DNA of 64,000 nt from Spirochaetia bacterium (GTDB taxonomy: Bacteria; Spirochaetota; Spirochaetia; SZUA-6; Bin103), in contig CBDAOI010000004.1 in assembly GCA_965198005.1 (NCBI GenBank), positions 2,112,001 to 2,176,000 on the forward strand, in the 5' to 3' direction. A program made the position numbers and the translations under genes. Shown here one piece after another: positions 10,845 through 20,744 of the stretch; position 1 is the stretch's first letter, and every line of letters starts with the position of its first letter. Below the pieces are notes generated by a model, which was not told the DNA's origin, made no database searches, and saw only the letters and a list, made by a program, of their open reading frames with translations.

Positions 10845-11410
10845 ACGACGCCGAGCGTCCGGCGCCGACCGATCCGGACCAGCAGAGCCGGCTGCTGGAA
10901 GCGATCATCGCCCTGGAAGCGGAACCCCAGAGCCCGGAACGGCTGGCACGGCTGACCGGGCTCTCGCGGCGGCAGGTGCGGGCGGCGCTGGAACGGGTGT
11001 GCGCCCGGTTTGCGGACTCCGGCCACGGCATACGGATAGTCGAAGTAGCGGGCGGCTACACCATGGTCCCGATCGAGGAGATGTGGCCGTGGCTGCGGCC
11101 CCACTACGGCAAGCTCGCCCAGGCCCGGCTGTCACGCGCGGCCATGGAGACCCTCGCCATCATTGCCTATTCGCAACCGATTACCCGCAGCGAAGTCGAG
11201 AGCATACGCGGGGTGTCGCCCGACGCGATGATCCGCACGCTGCTCGAGCGGCACCTGATCCACGAAGTCGGGCGCAAGGACACGCCGGGGCGGCCGATTC
11301 AGTACGGGACCTCTGCCGAGTTCCTCCGCACGTTCGGACTCGCGTCGATCGCCGACCTGCCCAAGCTCACCGAACCGGATCGGGCCCGGTTCGCAACGGA
11401 CGGTGGATGA
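10841..11410 (+). CDS. scpB: Segregation/condensation protein B
   Basis: LSRAAMETLAIIAYSQPITR, IRGV, PGRPIQYGT. Confidence 0.95.
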   Translation: MNDAERPAPTDPDQQSRLLEAIIALEAEPQSPERLARLTGLSRRQVRAALERVCARFADSGHGIRIVEVAGGYTMVPIEEMWPWLRPHYGKLAQARLSRAAMETLAIIAYSQPITRSEVESIRGVSPDAMIRTLLERHLIHEVGRKDTPGRPIQYGTSAEFLRTFGLASIADLPKLTEPDRARFATDGG

Positions 11411-12152
11411 GGCGGCGGCGGCGCGCCTGCACGTCGTCCTGGCCAACGCCGGCGTTGCCTCGCGCCGCGCCGGCGAACGCCTGATAGCCGCCGGCAGGGT
11501 TGCGGTCAACGGCCGCGTGGTGACCGCCCAGGGCACCCGGGTCGGCCCGGCGGACCGCGTCACCGTGGACGGCACCGAGATTCACGCCCGCGCGCGCCGC
11601 GTATACCTGGCATTGCACAAGCCGGTTGGATATCTGTGCTCGAACGCGGCCGACCGCACCGGCCGGCCCCTGGCACGGCAACTGCTGCCGGCGGCCGAAC
11701 GCATCTACCACGTCGGCCGCCTGGACCTGGCGTCGTCGGGGCTGCTGCTGTTCACCAACGACGGCCGGCTGGCGCTGCGCGTGACCCATCCCACCTACGG
11801 CGTCGAGAAAGAGTACGAGGTGGTTACCGAGCCGGCCCTGTCCGAGCCCGCGCTGCAACGGTACCGCGCCGGATACCGGATCGGTGCGCTGGTCTACCGG
11901 GTGCGCGGTTACCGCCGGGGCCCCGCCAATACGGTCCGCCTGACCCTGACCGAGGGTCGCAACCGTGAGATTCGCCGCGTGCTGGCCGACGCCGGCGTGG
12001 CGGTTCGCCGGCTCACCCGCACGCGGATCGGACCGGTAACGGTCGGCGGACTGGCGCCGGGCGGTTGGCGGATGCTGACGCCCGCGGAAGTGGACTGGTT
12101 CCTGCGCCGCACCCGGCGAATCCCTGCCGCGGCACGTGCCGGCGATGGGTAA
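11403..12152 (+). CDS. rluB: RluB/RsuA family rRNA pseudouridine synthase
   Basis: S4 domain (GVASRR), HKPVG, VGRLD, LTEGRNREIRR; position after scpAB. Confidence 0.88.
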   Translation: MDEAAAARLHVVLANAGVASRRAGERLIAAGRVAVNGRVVTAQGTRVGPADRVTVDGTEIHARARRVYLALHKPVGYLCSNAADRTGRPLARQLLPAAERIYHVGRLDLASSGLLLFTNDGRLALRVTHPTYGVEKEYEVVTEPALSEPALQRYRAGYRIGALVYRVRGYRRGPANTVRLTLTEGRNREIRRVLADAGVAVRRLTRTRIGPVTVGGLAPGGWRMLTPAEVDWFLRRTRRIPAAARAGDG

Positions 12153-12834
12153 CGGCGTTCCGTTCGTGATCGCGATTGACGGCCCGTCGGGGTCCGGCAA
12201 GACGACGGTGGCCGAACGGCTGGCGGGCCAGCTCGAGGCCCGTTGGGTCAGTTCGGGCGCACTGTATCGCGCCGTCAGCCGGCTGGTCCTGGATCGGTTC
12301 GGTGCGGATGCCGCCGCCGCGCTCGTAGTCGAGCTGGCGCGCACGGAACCGATGGTGCTCAGTGGAGCCACGGTGCATGCCGGGGCACGCGAGCTTACGG
12401 CGCGGCTGTATCAGCCGGAGGTCGAAAGCGTGGTGGCCAGTCATTCGGCGATTCCCGCGGTGCGCGCGGCGGTGAACCGCCGGCTGCGCAGGCTGGTGCG
12501 GAGCGGGCCGTGGATCGTCGAGGGGCGGGACATCGGCACCGAGGTGTTTCCCGGCGCCGCGGTGAAGATTTTTCTCGACGCGGCCGCCGGTGCCCGGGTA
12601 GGGCGGCGGGCCCGGCAGCGGGGCCACCCCGGGGCCGGACCGGACCGCCGGCAGATCGCGCGCGCCTTGGCCGAGCGCGACCGGCGCGACCGTGCCAAGC
12701 CGGTGGGAGCGTTGCGACCGGCGGCGGATGCGCACCGGATCGATACGTCGGGGTTGACGGTCGCCGAAGCATGTGCGAGAGTAGGGCAGATCATTAGCAG
12801 TAATTCCTGCCAAGGAAATCCTTTTCGTTTATGA
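12145..12834 (+). CDS. cmk: Cytidylate kinase
   Basis: IAIDGPSGSGKTT, EGRDIGTEVFP, ERDRRD; upstream of rpsA. Confidence 0.93.
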   Translation: MGNGVPFVIAIDGPSGSGKTTVAERLAGQLEARWVSSGALYRAVSRLVLDRFGADAAAALVVELARTEPMVLSGATVHAGARELTARLYQPEVESVVASHSAIPAVRAAVNRRLRRLVRSGPWIVEGRDIGTEVFPGAAVKIFLDAAAGARVGRRARQRGHPGAGPDRRQIARALAERDRRDRAKPVGALRPAADAHRIDTSGLTVAEACARVGQIISSNSCQGNPFRL

Positions 12835-14525
12835 GCGACACGGGCACGTCACAGCCGCAGTCCTTCGATACCCAGCTCCAAGAGCAGTACATCACGCGGC
12901 TCGAGCAGGTAGAAGAAGGCCAACTGATTACGGGACACGTAATTGAGGTTGGCGAGGAAATAGTATTCGTCGATGTAGGCCTCAAGTCGGAGGGCCGCAT
13001 CCCGAGCGAGGAGTTCTCCGAACCGCCGAAGAAGGGCGACGCAGTAGAAGTAGTGCTGCTGCGCAAGGAGGGCCGGTACGGAGAAGTAGTCGTATCGAAG
13101 CGCAAGGCGGACGAGCAGCGGATCTGGCGCGCCCTCAAGACCTCGGACGAAACCGGTGAGCCGGTAGCCGGACGGGTCGAGCGCAAGGTAAAGGGCGGCT
13201 ACGAGGTAGACCTGGGCGCCGCGCTGCGCGCCTTCGTGCCGTTCTCGAAGGTCGACGTGATGCGCGTGCGCGACGAAGACGCCTACGTCGGGCTCGATAC
13301 GCGGTTCTTCGTCGAGCAGCTCTACAACCGCGGCAAGGTGAACATCGTCCTGAACCGCAAAGCGTGGCTGGAACGCGAAGCCCGGAAGAAACGGGAGGAG
13401 TTCTATCGCAGCGCCGAGGCAGGAGACGTCTACCGCGGCACGGTGAAGTCCTTCACCTCGTTCGGAGCGTTCATCGACCTCGGCGGGTTCGACGGCCTGC
13501 TGCACGTGAACGACATGCGCTGGCGGCACGTCTCTTCACCCAAGGAGGCGGTGGTGATCGGCGAGGAGCTGGACGTCAAGGTCATTCGTCTGGACCGTGA
13601 GTCGCAGAAGGTGAACCTGAGCCTCAAGCACTTCACGCCGGATCCGTGGACCACGCTCGAAGAGCGGTACGCCACTGACGACGTGGTTACCGGCAAAGTG
13701 ACCAAGACCGCCGAGTTCGGGGCGTTCATCGAGATCGAGGAGGGCATCGAGGGGCTGCTGCACATCTCCGACATGTCGTGGGTCAAGAAAATAAGCCATC
13801 CGCGTGAGGTTCTGCGGACCGGCGACGAGGTCCAGGTCAAGATCCTCGCCTACGACCTGGAACGGGGCAAGCTGTCGCTCGGGCTCAAGCACGTACTGCC
13901 GAACCCGTGGGATACCGCCGCCGAACGCTATCCCCCCGGCAAGGTGGTCAAGGGGATAGTCCGCAACACCACCAGCTATGGAGCCTTCGTGGAGCTGGAG
14001 GAGGGGATCGACGGCCTGCTGCACGTCGAGGACATGTCGTGGACCAGGAAGGTGCGCAATCCCACCTCGGTGGTGCAGGTGAATCAGGAGCTCGAGGTGG
14101 CGGTGGTCGAGTTCGACCGCAAGGCGCGGCGGATCCGACTCGGCCTCAAGCAACTTTCCGACGATCCGTGGGCGGCGCTGGCACGCGCGTTCAAACGCGG
14201 CAGCGTGATCGAGGGAGAGGTGACCAGCAAGACCGACTTCGGCGTGTTCCTGCGCGTGCAGGGCGGAGTTGAAGGCCTGATCGCCAACACCCAGGTCGGC
14301 GACTCCGACGCCGACATCGAGCAGGCGCGGGCGCGCATCGAGCCGGGCAACCGGCTCAAGGCGGTGGTAACCGACGTCAACGCCGAGAAGCAACGTCTGT
14401 CGCTGTCGTTGCGAGCGTTCCGCAAGCAGGAAGAGCGCCAGGAACTGGTGAAGTACATCCACGATGACGAACAGCCCGACAAGGTATCGTTGGGCGACAT
14501 GCTCAAGGACAAGTCGTCCGGCTGA
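12831..14525 (+). CDS. rpsA: 30S ribosomal protein S1
   Basis: Repeated S1 domains (FGAFIDLGGFDGLLH, FGAFIEIEEGIEGLLHISDMSW). Confidence 0.97.
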   Translation: MSDTGTSQPQSFDTQLQEQYITRLEQVEEGQLITGHVIEVGEEIVFVDVGLKSEGRIPSEEFSEPPKKGDAVEVVLLRKEGRYGEVVVSKRKADEQRIWRALKTSDETGEPVAGRVERKVKGGYEVDLGAALRAFVPFSKVDVMRVRDEDAYVGLDTRFFVEQLYNRGKVNIVLNRKAWLEREARKKREEFYRSAEAGDVYRGTVKSFTSFGAFIDLGGFDGLLHVNDMRWRHVSSPKEAVVIGEELDVKVIRLDRESQKVNLSLKHFTPDPWTTLEERYATDDVVTGKVTKTAEFGAFIEIEEGIEGLLHISDMSWVKKISHPREVLRTGDEVQVKILAYDLERGKLSLGLKHVLPNPWDTAAERYPPGKVVKGIVRNTTSYGAFVELEEGIDGLLHVEDMSWTRKVRNPTSVVQVNQELEVAVVEFDRKARRIRLGLKQLSDDPWAALARAFKRGSVIEGEVTSKTDFGVFLRVQGGVEGLIANTQVGDSDADIEQARARIEPGNRLKAVVTDVNAEKQRLSLSLRAFRKQEERQELVKYIHDDEQPDKVSLGDMLKDKSSG

Positions 14526-15229
14526 TGAGTAGCGCGAAGCCGGCATCCGAAAGAGCTGGCGGCATGTACGATGCCGTCTCGAGGTTCGTGGAACGGTACT
14601 GGCCGGCGTGTCTCACCGTGGCCGGCGTCCTGCTGGTTGCGGTGGTCATCTGGCTGGTCTGGGCCGAACGCGAACGCAGCGTCACCGAGAGCTCCGCACT
14701 GCGGGCCGAGCAGTTGCAGAATCTGTACGAGCGCTGGGTCACCGAGCCCGACGACGGCGACCGCGGCACGTTGGGCGAGGAGCTGCTCGACGAAGCGGAC
14801 CAGCTCCTGACCCGCTTCCCGCAGCGCTACGCCGCGCAACGCGCCCTGTACGTCCGGGCCCAGTACTGGTTCGAGCTCGAGCGCTGGCAGGAGGCGGCGG
14901 ACGACTGGCTGCGACTGGCTGACACCTGGCCGGCCAGCTATCTGGCGCCGCTCAGCGTGTTCAACGCCGCAGTGGCCGCCGAAGAGGAGAACGAACCGGC
15001 CAGATCACGGGCGCGCCTGCACCGGTTGGTAACGGAGTGGGGCGATGACGTGCTGGTGCCCCGCGCGCTGTTCTCCATCGGCCGAATCGAGGAGTCGCTG
15101 GCAGACCATACGGCCGCGAAAGCGGCCTACGACCGCCTGACCGATGAGCATCCCGGCAGCGGCTGGGCCACCGCGGCGCGCAACCGCCTCATTGCCCTGC
15201 AGGTCGAGGGCCGGCTCACCGCCGAGTAG
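14525..15229 (+). CDS. Membrane-anchored TPR protein (YfgM/BamD-like)
   Basis: One N-terminal TM then TPR repeats; coupled to rpsA stop (TGATG). Confidence 0.75.
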   Translation: MSSAKPASERAGGMYDAVSRFVERYWPACLTVAGVLLVAVVIWLVWAERERSVTESSALRAEQLQNLYERWVTEPDDGDRGTLGEELLDEADQLLTRFPQRYAAQRALYVRAQYWFELERWQEAADDWLRLADTWPASYLAPLSVFNAAVAAEEENEPARSRARLHRLVTEWGDDVLVPRALFSIGRIEESLADHTAAKAAYDRLTDEHPGSGWATAARNRLIALQVEGRLTAE

Positions 15230-15247
15230 GCGGCGGGCACACCGGCG

Positions 15248-15916
15248 GTGAGCCCCCCCTGGCGCTGGCTGCCCTGGCTCGCCGCCACCGCGCTGGTGGC
15301 TGCCTGCGGCCTGCCGGACGCACGTCCCGTGCTCGCTCTGCCGGTGCGCCCGCTGGCCGAGGACAATCGCGACCGGTTCACCTTCGCTGTGCCGCCGGAC
15401 CCGAATCCGGTTGAGTTTCAGGGCTACGTCGTGTTCTACCGCCTGTTCGACGATGAACAGGAGCGACTCAATCTGAGGCCGTCCCAACTGTGCCGGCCCG
15501 ACTTCTTTCTCCTCGGAAGTGCGGATCACAGACCGGATGACGACGCCCAATGTCCACCCCTGGGTACCGTGCTGCCGCTCATTCCCGAGCCGGCCGCCGC
15601 GGTCGAGCGCGTGGTGCTGGACTTCAGCGACCTCGAACAGCCGGTCGCGAGGCTCGAGCCAGGCGCCGGGGAAAACGACGAGATCGCGCTGCGCCGTGAC
15701 GTCGTCCGCGACGACCGGTTCGCCGCGTTCACCGACTGCGAGTTCGCGGCCGACCCGGATCTGGCGCTGCTCGACCCAGGCTCCGGCTGTCCGGGCCGCG
15801 CTGCCGGAGACCGCGTTCGGATACAACTCTACGTCATGTCCTACGGAGTCACCGAGTCCGGCGGGCCGCTGTGGAGCGAAGCCGCGCTGTCGCTGGGCAG
15901 CATCACGTTGCCCTGA
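15248..15916 (+). CDS. Putative lipoprotein
   Basis: Signal peptide with lipobox LVAA-C. Confidence 0.65.
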   Translation: MSPPWRWLPWLAATALVAACGLPDARPVLALPVRPLAEDNRDRFTFAVPPDPNPVEFQGYVVFYRLFDDEQERLNLRPSQLCRPDFFLLGSADHRPDDDAQCPPLGTVLPLIPEPAAAVERVVLDFSDLEQPVARLEPGAGENDEIALRRDVVRDDRFAAFTDCEFAADPDLALLDPGSGCPGRAAGDRVRIQLYVMSYGVTESGGPLWSEAALSLGSITLP

Positions 15917-15919
15917 CCC

Positions 15920-16195
15920 ATGTTCCAGTACGTCGACGTCGGCCTGACCTACATTACCGTCGGCCTGGCCGCCGCGGTGGTTGCCCACTTCGGCCTGCGG
16001 CAGCGGGTGCCGGGCGATTTCTGGGGAGCGTTGATCCTCGGTCTGATCGGCGCCGCGGCGGGCGGTCTGCTCGACCAGGTTCTGGCCGACCTCATCCGGC
16101 GCCTGTCCAACTTCAACTCGGTGAATCTGTTCGCGGCCGGTTTCGTTGCGCTGCTGCTGATCTGGTTATTCTCCCGGCTCAACGATCCGCGCTGA
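15920..16195 (+). CDS. Small membrane protein (GlsB/YeaQ/YmgE-like)
   Basis: Three hydrophobic helices, GLIGAAAGGLL motif. Confidence 0.65.
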   Translation: MFQYVDVGLTYITVGLAAAVVAHFGLRQRVPGDFWGALILGLIGAAAGGLLDQVLADLIRRLSNFNSVNLFAAGFVALLLIWLFSRLNDPR

Positions 16196-16220
16196 CCCGG
16201 CCCCGGCCCCGTGCGCCGCC

Positions 16221-16688
16221 TCAGCGAGCGCTCGCTCCGGTTGCGCGCACCCAGGCGAGCGCATACGAGACGTGCAGGGTAGCCCGAAACAAAGCCGAAA
16301 ACTGATCGCGCACCACCCCATGTTCGTCGAGCAGGTAGGTCACGCGCCCCGGAACCAGCGGGGAGACCGCGGTCGTCGCCCCGTACCGCCGCCGCAGCGC
16401 TCCGCCCGGGTCGCTCAAGATCGGAAACGGCAGCGCGTGCGCCGCGGCGAACCGCCGATGCGATGCCACCGAGTCGCTGCTGATACCCACGACCTGCGCC
16501 CCGGCGGCCAGAAAATCGGCGTACGCGTCGCGCAACCCGCACGCCTGCGCCGTACAGCCCGGCATACCGTCGCGCGGATAAAAGAACAGCACGACTTTCC
16601 GGCCGCGAAGACTGCTCAGCCGCAACGGCTCTCCCGTGGCGCCGGGCAGTGTGAAGTCAGGCGCCTGGTCACCGATCGTTACCTTCAC
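16221..16688 (-). CDS. bcp: Peroxiredoxin BCP/PrxQ
   Basis: FFYPRDGMPGCTAQAC (PxxxTxxC-like site with resolving Cys), RVTYLLD. Confidence 0.9.
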   Translation of the reverse strand: MKVTIGDQAPDFTLPGATGEPLRLSSLRGRKVVLFFYPRDGMPGCTAQACGLRDAYADFLAAGAQVVGISSDSVASHRRFAAAHALPFPILSDPGGALRRRYGATTAVSPLVPGRVTYLLDEHGVVRDQFSALFRATLHVSYALAWVRATGASAR

Positions 16689-16833
16689 GACAGGCTCATC
16701 CTAACGCAGGGAACGCGCCCGTTCCACCCGCCATCCGACTTCCGATAATGTATATTCTGTCTACTCGCGGACGCGCCCCCCGAATGAAGGGGAAGCTGGC
16801 CGCAGCCGCGCACGAGTGGTACTCTTTTCGACC

Positions 16834-17766
16834 ATGAACCGAATTGAACGCATGCGAACCATGCTCCGGGGCCAACGGCCCGACCGGGTACCCGCCGGGT
16901 TCTGGCTGCATTTTCCGGCGGAGCAGGCCGCCGGCGCGGCCATGGCGCAGGCGCACGTCGACTACTACCGGGCGACCGGCACCGATCTGCTCAAGGTGAT
17001 GAACGACAATTACTACCAACCGGCCGGGATCGACCGGGTCAGCTCGCCCTCCGACTGGCGCAAGCTGGAGCCGGCGCCGCTGTCGGCGCGGCCGTTTCAG
17101 GCCCAGCTCGAGGGGTTGCGGATCCTGGTGGATCAGCTCGGTGACGAGGTGCTGATGGCGACCACGATTTTCAACCCGTACGCCACCGGCAATCACGTCA
17201 GTGACCGGAGCGTAACCGAACACCTGCGCGTCGACCCCGAGGCGGTGTCGTTCGGGCTGGCGACGATCGCGGCCAGCCTGGCCGAGTTTGCGCGCGCCTG
17301 CATCGCTGCCGGGGTCGCTGGCATCTACTTCTCCGCGCAGGGCGGCGACGGCGATCGTTTCACCCCGGAACAGCGGGCCAAGTACCTCAGGCCGCACGAC
17401 CTGGTGGTGCTGGAGGCCGCCACCGCGGCCGGTGCCACCTGCAACGTGCTGCATATCTGCGGCCGGGGCTTGCGACTCGACGAGTATCGGGAGTACCCGG
17501 GACACGTGGTCAACTGGGCTCCGCAGAACGACAATCCCAGTCTGGGTGCGGGCCGCGAGCTGTTCCAGCGGCCCATCATCGGCGGGGTCGACGAGCGCGG
17601 CGCCATCGTCAACGGCCCGCGCGCGGCGCTCACGGATGAGGTGCAGGCGGCGATCACGGACATGGGCGGCGCCGGCTTCATGGTCGGAGGCGGCTGCACG
17701 GTGCCCAGCGATACCCCCCTGGAGCATCTCGTGTGGGCCCGGGAGGCGGCCGCGGACGCTTCCTGA
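16834..17766 (+). CDS. Uroporphyrinogen decarboxylase (URO-D) superfamily protein
   Basis: PDRVPAGFWLHFP, NVLHICG, GGGCTVP; substrate unknown. Confidence 0.75.
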   Translation: MNRIERMRTMLRGQRPDRVPAGFWLHFPAEQAAGAAMAQAHVDYYRATGTDLLKVMNDNYYQPAGIDRVSSPSDWRKLEPAPLSARPFQAQLEGLRILVDQLGDEVLMATTIFNPYATGNHVSDRSVTEHLRVDPEAVSFGLATIAASLAEFARACIAAGVAGIYFSAQGGDGDRFTPEQRAKYLRPHDLVVLEAATAAGATCNVLHICGRGLRLDEYREYPGHVVNWAPQNDNPSLGAGRELFQRPIIGGVDERGAIVNGPRAALTDEVQAAITDMGGAGFMVGGGCTVPSDTPLEHLVWAREAAADAS

Positions 17767-17778
17767 AGAGGCCCCCCG

Positions 17779-18792
17779 CTACGGGTACCTGGCGCGGAAC
17801 TCCCCTACCCGGGCGCGGGCGTTCACGTCCAGAGCGCTGCGCTCGCCCCGCTTGAGCAGTTGGTATCCGAAGCCCGCGATCATCGCGGCGTTGTCCGTGC
17901 ACAGCGGCAGACTGGGAAATACGCAGCGCACCGCCTCCTCCTGCTGCAGGCGCTGCCGCAGGTAGGTGTTGGCGGCCACGCCGCCGGCGGCCACGATGCA
18001 GTCCAGGCCGGTCGACCGGCAGGCCAGCAGCGCCTTGTCGACCACGATGTCGATCGCGGTCTGTTGGAAGGCCGCGGCGATGTTGGCGCGCGTCTCCGCG
18101 TAGGCGCGATCGCGGAACTGTTCGCGCTGATGAATCACCGCCGTCTTCAAGCCCGAGTACGAGACGTCGAACCGATGGTTTCCCTTGTGCAGCGACGGCC
18201 GCGGAAACCGATAGGCGGCCGCGCTGCCCTGGGCGGCGAGTCGTTGAATTGCCACGCCGCCCGGATAGCCGATGGCGAAGTGCTTGGCGACCTTGTCGAA
18301 CGCCTCCCCGCAGGCGTCGTCGATGGTCGCTCCCATGACCTCGATCCGATCGCAATCATCGACCCGCGCGATCAAGGTGTGCCCGCCGGACAACAGCAGC
18401 GCGACGTACGGGTACCGCAGCTCGGTCTCCAGGTGCGGAGCGTAGATGTGCGCGAGGACGTGATCGACCGCGATCATCGGCAGCTCGCAGGCCAGTGCCA
18501 GTCCCTTCGCATAGCTCAGCCCCACCAGCAGAGAGCCGATCAGGCCGGGTCGGGCGGTTACGGCGATAGCGTCAATGTTGCCGAGTGAGCACTCGGCTTC
18601 CTGCAGAGCCCGCGCCACCACCCGATCGATCCATTCGATATGCTTGCGGCTGGCGATTTCCGGCACCACGCCGGAATAACGCCGGTGCTCCTCGGTCTGC
18701 GAGTAGACGACGTTGCTGAGAATCTCGAGGCCGTTGCGCACTACCGCGGCGGCACACTCGTCACACGATGTTTCGATGCCTAGAACGGTCAC
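17779..18792 (-). CDS. tsaD: tRNA threonylcarbamoyltransferase TsaD
   Basis: GIETSCDE, GVVPEIASRKH, SGGHT, DDACGEAFDK, CTDNAAMIA. Confidence 0.96.
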   Translation of the reverse strand: MTVLGIETSCDECAAAVVRNGLEILSNVVYSQTEEHRRYSGVVPEIASRKHIEWIDRVVARALQEAECSLGNIDAIAVTARPGLIGSLLVGLSYAKGLALACELPMIAVDHVLAHIYAPHLETELRYPYVALLLSGGHTLIARVDDCDRIEVMGATIDDACGEAFDKVAKHFAIGYPGGVAIQRLAAQGSAAAYRFPRPSLHKGNHRFDVSYSGLKTAVIHQREQFRDRAYAETRANIAAAFQQTAIDIVVDKALLACRSTGLDCIVAAGGVAANTYLRQRLQQEEAVRCVFPSLPLCTDNAAMIAGFGYQLLKRGERSALDVNARARVGEFRARYP

Positions 18793-18811
18793 GAGAACTC
18801 GGAGGTCGCGA

Positions 18812-19828
18812 TCAGTAGGTGTCCACGGCCGCGGTTTCCACCGAAGGAACCATCAGCTCCGTTACGGACACCAACTCGTACCCCTTATTCTGCAGCGCGG
18901 GATAGATCTCGGCAAGCGCTTCCACCACCGCCGGTACCGAGGAGTGGCCGATCAACACCGCATGCCCCTGCTCGCGCGCAACCTCAAGGCCGTAGCGCAG
19001 TGCCGCCCGGATTGCCGCCGGATCACGGTCGTGATCCAGGAACACGTCGCGCTGCATGAACGGGACCTCGTACTTGGCGGCATAGTCGGACGCCACGCTG
19101 CCGGCCGTGGTGCGGCTGTCGACGAAGAACATGCCCTTTTCCGCCAGATACGCCATCACGATGTCCATGGTGCGGGCGTCCGCCGTAACTGCCGAACCCA
19201 TGTGATTGTTGGCGCCCGCGGCGCCCGGCGTCGAGGCGAAGTTGCGGTCCAGAATGCGGCGGATCTCGGCCTTCGACAACTCGGTGGAGATGGTTCCGGG
19301 GCCGGGATAGAGGCCGCTGTCGGCGGCCATCGGCAGGTGCAGAATCACGTCGTGACCGTGGGCGCGCGCCAGCTCCACGGCCCGCGCCGAATGCGGCAGT
19401 TGCGGCAATACCGCGAACGTCAACTTGCCGGGGAATTCGAGGAACGGTCGGAGTTCCTGCAGGTTGTTGCCGGCGTCGTCGATCAACAACACCAGACGGG
19501 CGCTCCCCGTGGCGGCCGGAATCGGTGCGCGGGCGGCAGCATGGGTCTCGGTGTCGCGGCGGCGACCGGCGCCGGCCGCCGCCGCGGCGTCCCGCCGCGC
19601 CCGCCGTTCCGCCTCCACGGCGACCAGCATGGACAGCATCTGGTCGAATGGGTCCATCCCCGCGGCAGCCCCCGACCCCCCGATGGTGACCTGGGGCGGA
19701 CGCCACACCAGGAGGATCACCAGCGCCCCCGTCAGGACCCCGATTACCGCAACCAGGCTCAGGACTTTGCCGACGTGAGCCCGTACCTGCTTGCCGATGG
19801 ACCGCATCAATCGCTTGGGAACGCGCAA
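18812..19828 (-). CDS. Divergent polysaccharide deacetylase family protein
   Basis: LLIDDAG, ILHLPM, NNHMGS, DSRT, RDVFLDH; N-terminal TM; start uncertain. Confidence 0.88.
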   Translation of the reverse strand: MRVPKRLMRSIGKQVRAHVGKVLSLVAVIGVLTGALVILLVWRPPQVTIGGSGAAAGMDPFDQMLSMLVAVEAERRARRDAAAAAGAGRRRDTETHAAARAPIPAATGSARLVLLIDDAGNNLQELRPFLEFPGKLTFAVLPQLPHSARAVELARAHGHDVILHLPMAADSGLYPGPGTISTELSKAEIRRILDRNFASTPGAAGANNHMGSAVTADARTMDIVMAYLAEKGMFFVDSRTTAGSVASDYAAKYEVPFMQRDVFLDHDRDPAAIRAALRYGLEVAREQGHAVLIGHSSVPAVVEALAEIYPALQNKGYELVSVTELMVPSVETAAVDTY

Positions 19829-19944
19829 CTCTCTCCCCCACCCCGATTGTCGGTTACGCCGCCGGACGGCTCAACCCCCGTGGCCGCCGGCGCCGGCCGC
19901 CGCCCGCTTTGACCGGAGCCGGGCACCTCCGGCACAGTAGGTCC

Positions 19945-20691
19945 ATGTGCGGCCGGTACGCGTTGTATGCCGAACCCGAGGAGTTGATCGAAGCGCTTGG
20001 CATCGCGCGGGACGCCGCTACGCCGCACCTGCAGCCGCGCTACAATATAGCGCCGACCCAGGACGTGCCGGTGGTCCTTTTCGAGCGTGGAATGCGCCGG
20101 TTGCGCGTGGTGCGCTGGGGGCTGGTGCCGGCGCAGTGGTCGGCTCCCGACGAGCGCCGCCCTCCATTGATCAATGCCCGCGCCGAGACCATCGCCGCAC
20201 GGCCGGTATTCCGATCGGCGTTTGCCCGTACGCGCTGCATCGTTCCGGCCAGCGGCTACTTCGAGTGGTGCACCGAAGGACGCGTGCGGCAGCCCTACTA
20301 CTTCACGCTGCGCTCCGGGGCTCCGCTGGCACTCGCGGGCGTCTACGACCTGTGGCAGAGGGGTGACCTGCCGCCGGTCGTCAGTTGCGCAATCGTTACC
20401 GTGCCGCCCAATCCGTTGAATGCGCGGCTGCACGACCGCATGCCCGCGGTGCTCGGCGCCTGCGATCCTGGCGATGCCATTCGACTGTGGCTCGACCCCG
20501 CTACGCCGCGCGCTCGGTTGGCGGACCTGCTGCGGCCGTTCGCCGGCGCAGCGATGGTCATGCACTCGGTCACGCCGCGCATGAACCACTACGCCTACGA
20601 CGAGCCAGGCGCCGTGGCACCGCTCTCCCCCACCCCGCGGGCGCACGCCGCAACCGACGCCCCTCAAACCGAGTTCAAGTTTTCCGGATGA
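19945..20691 (+). CDS. SRAP family abasic-site processing protein (YedK/HMCES-like)
   Basis: N-terminal MCGRY, RYNIAPTQ, INARAET, GYFEW, HDRMP. Confidence 0.94.
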   Translation: MCGRYALYAEPEELIEALGIARDAATPHLQPRYNIAPTQDVPVVLFERGMRRLRVVRWGLVPAQWSAPDERRPPLINARAETIAARPVFRSAFARTRCIVPASGYFEWCTEGRVRQPYYFTLRSGAPLALAGVYDLWQRGDLPPVVSCAIVTVPPNPLNARLHDRMPAVLGACDPGDAIRLWLDPATPRARLADLLRPFAGAAMVMHSVTPRMNHYAYDEPGAVAPLSPTPRAHAATDAPQTEFKFSG

Positions 20692-20711
20692 GACCGATGA
20701 GACCGATGAGA
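20687..20711. repeat. 9-bp tandem repeat (GATGAGACC, about 2.8 copies) at the SRAP stop
   Basis: gatgagacc gatgagacc gatgaga. Confidence 0.8.
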
Positions 20712-20744
20712 TTGCGCGCGCAACAACCGCCAGTGCATGGTAGG

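Noticed and set aside
16688-16704. Possible degenerate copy of the mini-element at the bcp RBS (CGACAGGCTCatcCTAA)
   Set aside because: Only about 10 bp match and no second arm; could be chance
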